A DNA stretch of 42,674 nt, from positions 1 through 42,674 of the forward strand of contig NW_021835130.1 in assembly GCF_006345805.1 (NCBI RefSeq). Reading direction: 5' to 3'. Shown one piece after another: positions 33,676 to 42,674 of the stretch (its first letter is position 1; each line of letters begins with the position of its first letter). Below the pieces are notes generated by a model, which worked only from the letters and a program-made list of their open reading frames with translations, made no database searches and was not told where the DNA came from. This DNA comes from Octopus sinensis. Taxonomy: Eukaryota. A program made the translations under genes and the position numbers.

Positions 33676-34956
33676 CGAGGGACGTTCAATAAGTAATGCC
33701 TCTGACCCACTTGCAGTTGATTGATCTAGCTGAAATTTTGCATGTGCAATTGTTTATATCTCTATAGAGTAAGTGGAAAATTACAGCTCTAAATTAATTG
33801 TGGTTTCTGATTTACAGGTGTTTGAACCGAGTCAAGGGTGAAATGGAGCCTGTTGAGTGTCGAGCAGTGATCCGGTTTTTGTATTTGAAAGGACGCACAC
33901 CACGGGAGACTTTTGATGAAATGAACGTAACTTACGGTGATGATGCCCCATCATATGACCTTGTAAAACGCTGGCATCGTGAATTCAAACATGGTCGGAA
34001 CTCTGGTCGCTCCCTTCTGCCATTGATGAGGCATCTGTCCGTCAAGTTGAGGTTGCCATTTTGGAAGATCGACGCATAACTATTCGCCAAATAGCCCATG
34101 AGGTCAAGATTAGTACCGGGTCTGTGGAAACTATCATTCATGACCATTTGCATATGCAAAGGTGTCTGCCAGATGGATTCCCAGGTTGCTCACGCCTTTC
34201 CAGAAGCAAGAACGCGTCGAGTGCTCGAGGTGATTTAGAGATGTGCCAAGAAGATGAGTCAAAATTTTTTCAAAAGACTGATTACACAGGATGAAACCTG
34301 GGTCCATCACGATGATCCAGAGACCAAAGCCCAGTCAATGCAGTTGAAGCACTGTGACTCACCCCCTCCAAAGAAGGCAAGGGTGCAGCCCTCCGCTGGC
34401 AAGGTCATGCTCACAGTCTTCTGGGACCAGGACGGAGTAGTGAGTAGTGATGACAGCTTTCCTTGCCAAGGGGTACCACAATTGCAGGAGCAGAGCCTAT
34501 TATGCTTCACTTTTGAGGAAATTAAGGAGAAGCTATCAAAATAAAGAGACGGGGCAAGATCAGCAAAGGCATCCTCCTCCTGCAGGACAACGCTCCGGTC
34601 CCACAACTCGCTTGTCCCAGATCCGAGTACAGGCGTATGGCTATGAACTCCTCCCCATCCCCCCTACTTTCCTGACCTTCCACCCTCTGATTTTCACCTC
34701 CTCCCAATCATGAAGTTGTTTTTGAAAGGAAAGCGTTTCCCAGATGATGTAGCCTTGATTTCTGAAGTCACGTTCAGGCTGGAGGACCAAGCTGGGTTCT
34801 TCTACAAAAACGGTCTCCAGAGCCGCATCAAACAATAGGAGAAATATGTAACTCTGGGTGGTTCCTATGTAGAAAAAGACTAATAACTGTGCCAAGTTTC
34901 GTTGCTCTACTGCTATGGGAAGTGGGTCAGGGGCATTACTTATTGAACGCCCCTCG
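33676..34956 (+). mobile_element. Full-length decayed mariner transposon (1281 bp)
   Basis: 37-bp TIRs CGAGGG(A/G)CGTTCAATAAGTAATGCC(T/C)CTGACCCACTT; TA flanks 33674-33675 and 34957-34958. Confidence 0.95.
33843..34883 (+). pseudogene. Mariner transposase, frameshifted
   Basis: MEPVECRAVIRFL..., ITQDETWVHH, KVMLTVFWD, LLQDNAPVH, PPSDFHL motifs across several frames. Confidence 0.92.
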
Positions 34957-35425
34957 TATGTATGTATATATAAGTAACCATATATATTGGCGTTTTATTG
35001 TTCTGTGAGTGTATGTATGCATTATGATTTTGTGTGTGCAAATGTGTCTCCGTGTGGTCTGTTTGTAATTAAATGGTCATAAGTGTATGCCGTGGTGTGA
35101 ATGCAGTTGTGATTTTTTTAGTATATTTTTGTTTCTGAGCATGTGCTTCTACGTAGGTGTATGTACACTTTTGGTTTTACTTCAATTCATTGAACCAGAA
35201 GTTATTTGGAATTGTTGTTAGAAAACATGACTAAAATTTCAGGTCTATAAGCTTTTATGTGTGGTCTTGTAACCTTTTAACCCCATTTTATGTTTACTCT
35301 TTTTGAATATTATTTCTTGGTGTCATCTTTATACCTCCTGCTGTTTGGTCCCTATTTAATTCATTTATATTAATATTTTATCTAAAAGTTTTTTTTCATC
35401 ATGATGCTGACATAAGTTCCTTGTC

Positions 35426-35496
35426 TTTCCTGATGAGAATGCACCCCTTATTCCTTCGAAATTAGGAATATGCAGTCTTCGAAACATATGTCGAGA
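35426..35496 (+). ncRNA. Predicted minimal type-I hammerhead with canonical core
   Basis: Stem I TTTC/GAGA, CTGATGA 35430-35436, stem II GAA..TGCA/TGCA-GTC-TTC plus TATTCCT/AGGAATA, GAAA 35481-35484, palindromic CATATG, GTC triplet 35490-35492; AATAAA follows. Confidence 0.75.
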
Positions 35497-35862
35497 ATAA
35501 AGGAATTTTGTTGTAAATCGTCGTTCGACTCCATTCTTCATTTATTTATATTTATATATATATATATATAATGATATATATATATTATACACATACAATA
35601 CATACATACATACATACATACACACACACGCGCATATATATATATACATATATACATGCATACATATATAGATAGATACATAGGTAGATAGATAGATAGG
35701 TGATTGGTAGATATAGTTTGTGTGTGTGTGTGTGTGTGTGTGCGTGTCTGTCTGTCTGCGTGTGAATCATTTTTTATTTTAAGTTTAAGTTCTTTACATT
35801 TTATCCCCTCCTGTTCTTGTTAATATTGAGGATAACAACCTTTCTTTATTTTTACTGACCAA

Positions 35863-35898
<36 letters not shown>

Positions 35899-36305
35899 TA
35901 GGCTGCGTGTATCTGAGATTGAAGTCTGCTTATCTGTGTGGGTTCATTTTTGCTGAATACCTAGAACGCAGGCATTACCGCAATATTAAGGTTTGCATGT
36001 TTTAAGAACTCCCTAATAATTTGGTGCTTATCGATATTCTTATGTTTTAAACGTCAATATGTACCTTGATGAATGTTGTTAGAAGCTCTTTATGTATCTA
36101 AAAGTATTCTACTGTGGATGGTATCTTAACGGCAAAGGAGTGTCAGCCAATTTGATATATTCGTTAGAAACTGATATATTAGCTATAAGTAATTCGAGTA
36201 GCAAATATATAGACGCCATAGAATCTGGGAACCCGGTCTCATGGGCTCACGATACGAGAAGGGAAGGACTTTTGGTCCTTTATTATTATTTTTAAAAACA
36301 CACGA

Positions 36306-36425
36306 GATCGACTTGGCCTTTCATCCTTTCGGCGTCCACAGGTGGCAGTCAAGTACTGAGATTGATGTAATCAAATTCTCCCACCTCTCAAAATTTCCTG
36401 GACCTGTGCCAAAATTGGAAACCAT
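36306..36425 (+). mobile_element. Decayed 5'-truncated SINE-A2
   Basis: TCGACTTGGCCTTTCATCCTTTCGG...CAAAATTTCCTGGACCTGTGCC followed by (ATT)n. Confidence 0.6.
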
Positions 36426-36519
36426 TATCGTTGTTATTGTTGCTGTTTTTGCAACTATGATTATTATTATTATAATTATTATTATTAATATTATTATTAT
36501 TATTAATATTATTATTATT

Positions 36520-36631
36520 CAGTGAGAGAGCAGTGCATGCCATCAATGTGAAACTGGGGTAAAATATACGAAGCCCAGTATACCCATCATGACTACCCGT
36601 CTGATAAGGGTACACTAGGCACATGCAGCAC
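36520..36631 (-). mobile_element. Element D, isolated 3'-terminal ~110 bp
   Basis: Matches 36658-36770; bounded by (ATT)n. Confidence 0.85.
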
Positions 36632-36657
36632 ATTATTATTATTATTATTATTATTAT

Positions 36658-37195
36658 TGAGTGAGAGAGCAGCTCATGCCATCAAAGTGACACTGGGGTA
36701 AATAATACGAAGCCCAATATACCTATCATGACTACCCGTCTGATAAGGGTACACCAGGCACATGCATCACAACCATATGTGCGCGACATGGTGATCTCAT
36801 ATCAAGATAAACAGCACATAACTTGCAGGTGGGGCCCAGTTAGAATTTTCTTCAGGTCGATTAACCCATCCTGCTCAAAAGGTCCCTGAATAAGGGTTGT
36901 TTAAGGATGTTGAATGAAACACCCATGTTTCCAGAGGTGAATCATTCAAACCCCAAAGAATCCCTCTCAGCACATGGCTATGATGCTCCCCCACTACTTC
37001 TGCTCATGATCAGAGATGCACATATCGTCAGCCACTAAGGGACATGCTCAACTGGTTAAAGTCAAACAACACTGACAGCAAATCTGTGGGTATGAGCAGA
37101 ATATTTGCTGTACGCCCATCTTTTATACCAAGACAAAACAATGTATAGATAACACTCTAATCAGTTAAGATCAGAAGCCATGAGAACACTGCCTG
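36658..37195 (-). mobile_element. Element D, long copy
   Basis: Colinear with 6485-7448; bounded by (ATT)n. Confidence 0.85.
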
Positions 37196-37219
37196 GCATG
37201 TGCGTACTAGCATCAGGGC

Positions 37220-37318
37220 ATTTATTATTATTATTATTTATTATTATTTATTATTATTATTATTATTATCATTCATCATCATCATCATCGTCATCATCAT
37301 ACATCATCATCATCATCG

Positions 37319-37370
<52 letters not shown>

Positions 37371-37671
37371 TATTATTATTGCCGTATCTCATTCAATAAA
37401 CCTTTTATTTATAGTTTTTCGTGCAGTTACGGTTTTACTCAGAGATAACTGTCTTGGATGTGTGAATGTGTTCATGTATATAACTATGCGTGTATGTATG
37501 TATGTATGTATGTATGTATGTATGTATGTATGTATGTATGTATGTATAGTATGGTGACCTTAGATAGATGGATAGATAGATAGATAGATAGATAGATAGA
37601 GATAGATATAGAGATAGATAGATAGATAGATGGATAGATAGATAGATAGATAGAAGAAAGATAGAGAGATC

Positions 37672-37704
<33 letters not shown>

Positions 37705-37754
37705 CTAGATAGATAGATGGATAGATAGATAGATAGATAGAAAGATAGATAGAT

Positions 37755-37786
<32 letters not shown>

Positions 37787-38108
37787 TTGTAGATAGATAG
37801 ATAGATAGATAGATAGAGATAGATAGATAGACATACAAAAACAAAATGAACTGCAATTCAGACATTTTCAGACATACTTAAATAACAAAATATCGAAATA
37901 CTCCCAGCCCTCACAAAATACATAATTTTATTTAAGTAGAGTATATTCAACGACATGATTAATAAATATCATCTTTTTGTTTTTTGTTCTGTTTCAGAAG
38001 GAAGAGAGTAAAATACATACATACATACTTAATACTACATACATACATACATGCACATTACCACACAAGCATATACGTACATATACATACACTCACACAC
38101 ACGCAGAC

Positions 38109-38151
<43 letters not shown>

Positions 38152-38272
38152 TACACAACACACACACACACACACACACATACACACATGCTCATGCATT
38201 CCCTCTTCTGCATCCAAGTACACTCACATATATACACAAGCGCAAATAGGAGCACACAGTACTCTTATTAGG

Positions 38273-38309
<37 letters not shown>

Positions 38310-38600
38310 CATACATAACATATATATAATATATACACATACATAATATATATAGTGTATTTATATATATATATATATATATAATATATATTATATATGA
38401 ATATGTATATGTATATATGAAATATATATATATATATATGTATATGTAAATATGTATATGTATGCATGCATGTATGGATATATATATACACACATGCATA
38501 AATATAAATAAATACGCATATATACATACATGCATATAAAATATATATATATGTATATATGTGTATATATATATATGTATGTGTGTGTGTGTGTGTGTGT
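37220..38600. repeat. Microsatellite cluster (ATT)n, (ATC)n, (TATG)n, (GATA)n, (CT)n, (CA)n, (TA)n
   Basis: Directly visible. Confidence 0.93.
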
Positions 38601-39169
38601 TTATATTCCATTTGGGTTTTAACATTGAAGCTTACGTTATAGATTCACAAACGCACCTACGTCCTTATAGATATAAGTACAAACACACACACAAGCGCGC
38701 ATGATGTGATATACAAATACGTACACAAACGCAAACACTTCTTCTACACATGAGATGTTACAGGCTGTCAATCAGAAGGCTTTTAACAAGCAGCATGAAC
38801 AATAATAATGACAACAACAACAACAACTATTACTATAGTAGCAGCCAACGGGTGAGCTTCATAGTGGTCGTTCGATGTGCCAATAATTGCAGCGAAATCT
38901 CTCTCAAATCGATTCAACCGTCTTGAAACGGAAAGATTCACTGCGTAATACCCTTGAAGTGAATTAAGTTCGGAGAGTCACCGTTGGTATTGCATTTGAA
39001 GATAGGTCTGTTCAGCCATGGCTGACCTGCAGCTAAATTAAATAGCATCGATAACAGTGACAATATTAGCCGTAGTGGTTATGGTGGCGGTTGTGGTTAC
39101 GGTAGTGGACCTCCGTCATTGGACGATGAGAATTCAGTTGTTCGATCGAGTGAATTATCTACTCCTGAA

Positions 39170-39470
39170 TTAACGCGTAAACTATTAGGCATGTTCATAG
39201 CCAGGCGTACTCTTAACGTAATTCACAGGCAGAATCAGCGTGACAGTGTGTAACAATGATCTACTTTTTGAGTAACAGATAGAATGTACCCGACAGGGTA
39301 ACACACCGTTTTTTTATTCCCAGTTTCGACTCGCAAGATATTAGTCGATCCGATGGTATAGAAAATGGCACTTATCCAAGATCAAGGTTCAAAATAGAAC
39401 ACGGTTTAGATTGAACCCGAAACGTCGTGGTTTTAAAACAAACTTCTTAACCATTCGGCCACTCTGCGCC
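39170..39470 (-). mobile_element. Old decayed SINE with B-like head and tail type 1
   Basis: Reverse complement GGCGCAGAGTGGCCGAATGGTTAAG...CGGGTTCAATC...CTTGGATAAGTG; CTTAACGTAATTC...TCAGCGTGACA matches tail 1. Confidence 0.5.
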
Positions 39471-39994
39471 AACGTGCAGCAACAATATTGACGTATAAAA
39501 AAGCAACAACAGCAATTACAATAATAGAAACACCAAGTAAAACAGTAACAAGAAAGTTAACATCTACTACAAATTCTAAAAGCCACAATAACATAAACGT
39601 CACAAGCAACACGGCTAAACAAAAATAGTAAATGGAAAGGAAAACAACAACGCCATTAAAAGCAGAAAAATAAATAAATGATCGGAAAGGCAAAAGCATA
39701 ATCGCCACAAACTGCAACACAGGTAAGAACAAAAAAAATATAATAAAATAAAATAACAGAACGGCAGTGACAACAACAACAAAAACAAAAAACACCTGCA
39801 GCAGAGTAGCAGCAACAACAACGACTGCTGAAAAAACGATGGTAATAAATGAGCAACGAAGCGACAACATAGAAGGAAAAAATGGCGTCAAGCAGGGCAA
39901 AAGTAAGAAGCAGCAGCAGCAGCAGCAGCAGCCACTACAATATCCGCAGTAGCAGTAGCAACAAAAACAACATCTGCAACAAGAGAACGGTTAA

Positions 39995-40036
<42 letters not shown>

Positions 40037-40070
40037 GTGTGTGTGTGTGTGAGTGTGTGTGTGTGTGTGT

Positions 40071-40108
<38 letters not shown>

Positions 40109-40402
40109 TGTGTGTGTAAAAGTAACGACGACCACAACAGCAACAACTACCGGGGTAATGTAACATCGACTATAACAGCATTAAGTGTTTGCTGCAAAAT
40201 AACAACAACAACTACTATTACTACTACTACTACTATACTACTACTACTACTACTACTACTACAGCAGCAACAACAACAACAACAACAATAGCAGAAACTG
40301 TAGCATCACTAAACGGCATTTAATTCATCAACTCAGGTTAAAGTCCGCCCATCAATGGGGCTTCAACCACAGCTTTGAGTTTTAGCTTTAGCCTGTTCTT
40401 GT

Positions 40403-40454
<52 letters not shown>

Positions 40455-41401
40455 TGGTTTGTTTGTGTGTGTGTGTGGTGTGTGTGTGTGTGTGGTGTGT
40501 GTGTGTCTGTGTCTGTGTGTGTGCTCGCATACACACGCTCATGTATATTGTTTATTTACTCGATTTGATCGGCAAATGACCAACAGAATCAAACAAGCGG
40601 CAGATTCTATCTGTACAGTCGTAAGAAAAATAATTTGCTTCTTTTGTCTCAGAGCATCAAAATAACTCTCTAAATGTTTGTCAAAAACTTGATTTTATTT
40701 GGTTCTTTAAATCTTTGATGGCTTCTCCCAATTTCTTTTTCCTCTTACCTTTTTTTTTTTTTGTTCTTATTGCATTTCTGTCTGACTTATTCACTTATTT
40801 TTTTATGATTTTAGGAGGTCTTTTCTCGTTTTCGTTTTATTCTGATGTTTAATAAATCACTTTTGTATTGTAAGTGGCAAAAAGAATGAATGACTTTTGT
40901 GAACCATTCTTACAATAAGGGTTCTATTCCTGGTTGAGTCCCTTCATTTCAAAAACTCTTTGAACGGCAGATAAGTGTCATCAACGGACTTGGTATTGGC
41001 GGTCTACAAGTTGATGATTGTGTTAAAAATATTCACTATGTCATATTCACTTCGTTATATCTACCTTGCCCTTCAACTTTGAGCTGTATTATAGACAAAA
41101 TATTTAATACGCAGTAGCTTGGTCTTCGGGTTTTAAGCAGGCAAAGTGAGAAAGGAAAGCGTCCACCAGGAGGACAATAAGTTAGTCAATTTTAGTTTGG
41201 ACTGAATATTTTCAGTCGCTTTGGGCAGATTTTGATAAAGCTGCTCGTTGGTTATGTCGGCTAATTGCCTTGGTGTCTTGTATTAATGCTTTGGTTCCTT
41301 GTCGTACTGACTGGGAGACCTCCAATGAATCCTGTTAAGGCAAATGATAGCTATTCTATCTCCACTGACTTGCATTATTTCCAACAATATTAGAAAGAAC
41401 G

Positions 41402-41510
41402 ACGGCAGCTAACTGGTTAAAGCGCCGGACAGCAATTTCGTGCATATTCGTTCCGAGTTCAAATCCCACTGAAATCAACTTTGCTTTTCATCCTTCTGAG
41501 GTTCATAAAA
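41402..41510 (+). mobile_element. Decayed SINE-A
   Basis: CCGAGTTCAAATCCCACTGAAATCAACTTTGCTTTTCATCC. Confidence 0.6.
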
Positions 41511-41589
41511 TCCAGTTCCGGTGTCCATGATTAGTTTAATAGCTGGAATTATTAGGATTTGATCTAACACTTTATTTACTGTGAATCCA

Positions 41590-41960
41590 TGAAACCTGAG
41601 ATTATCCCAGGTTCGTGGCCCCAGAGACGTCATCACGCGTAGAGTCGACTAGATCCAACAGTACTCTCCATCGCCGGCGGCCCCGTGCCAGTCCCTCTAC
41701 AATCTCCAAAGTAGCGTGAAGCCTCTAGAGACCTTCCTCAATCACGTGCAACCTTCTGGTGCGATGCCTGCCACGAGGCCTCCTTCACCCTACAGCTGCT
41801 GCGTCGGATGAGAGTAAAGCCCTGGTAAAATGATTTAGCGGAGACAGAGAATATGTCTGTGCGGGCGCATGCGACAGATAGATATGAGGTGAGAGACTGC
41901 GGGCTGATGCGTGCGCGTATGCAGTTCTTTGTTGGAAACGCAATGGTACCTTCTGATGTT
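41590..41960. other. CpG-richer unique island, possible regulatory element or exon
   Basis: Elevated GC and CpG; GACGTCA, CACGTG and GCGCATGCG motifs. Confidence 0.3.
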
Positions 41961-42074
41961 CTCGATGATCCATCATAAATTTCTAAGATAAAATAAAATA
42001 TAATTAAGAAATATTTCTTGACTTCAAAGCAATAATCCTTGGTTTTTATTTATTTTTTTTTGCGTCATTATCGC

Positions 42075-42210
42075 TTTTGTCAGTGAACAGGTCGCGGTCT
42101 TAAAGCGACGAAAATATTTTGACAAATTAAACTTAAATGTTGAAGTGAATCGAACGGCTTTTGTGTGTTTCTTAAATGGCTTACAAACACCTTCCACGCT
42201 GCAATTGTTT
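42075..42210 (-). mobile_element. Unclassified repeat F, partial
   Basis: Reverse complement of about 19388-19523. Confidence 0.75.
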
Positions 42211-42674
42211 ATTTAAATCAAAATTTAATGAAAATGCTTAACGGATATTGATATAGGACAATAAAAATTCAGTCATATTCTATTGATATAATCGAAATAT
42301 TTAAAATCTATCGACCCCTTGGATGGTCACAGTGACCTCTTCAATGGGCTAATACAGACCACTTTGGCAACCTCTCCATTAGCTAGCGAGTCAGCCATAT
42401 AAAGGCTCCCGCTTGTTGGCTCAGTATTGAAGTAACTGATCTTAGGTACGAAGTGAAGTGGAATGCTACGAGATTTCAATTCTGTTTTCATTTTCCATTG
42501 TCATTGCAAACATGCCTGCTTTTAACGACCACCTCTCCAAACAAATCTATGTTGCAAACAGAAAGAAGTTGGTGTCGGCGGCGATGGTTGTAAAGGTGGG
42601 AGCGGTGAAATTTAGGTGAGCGTAATAAAGGTGATGGACGTGGCGGCAGTAAATGTGACGGTGATGGTGATGGT

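Noticed and set aside
38850-39050. Possible additional old SINE tail
   Set aside because: No second copy in the window to align against, so it cannot be supported from this sequence

Overview
This is repeat-dominated, AT-rich eukaryotic non-coding DNA, most likely from an octopod cephalopod (inferred from the SINE families and the extreme microsatellite density; not verified by search). I cannot support any intact host gene; almost all ORFs in the supplied track are translated microsatellites. The window holds several tRNA-derived SINE families (working names A1/A2, B, C1/C2, G), decayed Tc1, mariner and hAT transposons, a 5'-truncated Dong/R4-type LINE in (AAT)n, a Tx1/L1-type LINE in (GATA)n and a decayed Penelope-like (PLE) GIY-YIG endonuclease. 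The main hidden signal is about 16 minimal type-I hammerhead ribozyme (HHR) motifs, folded by hand, in at least 7 unrelated sequence contexts. They include (i) a ~476-bp tandem repeat with one HHR per monomer and a terminal inverted, permuted monomer (retrozyme-like), (ii) a tRNA-headed SINE-like element with an HHR tail and an abutting inverted tail copy, and (iii) a fold-back element enclosing an HHR. Coordinates of decayed repeats are approximate, and ribozyme activity is predicted, not shown.
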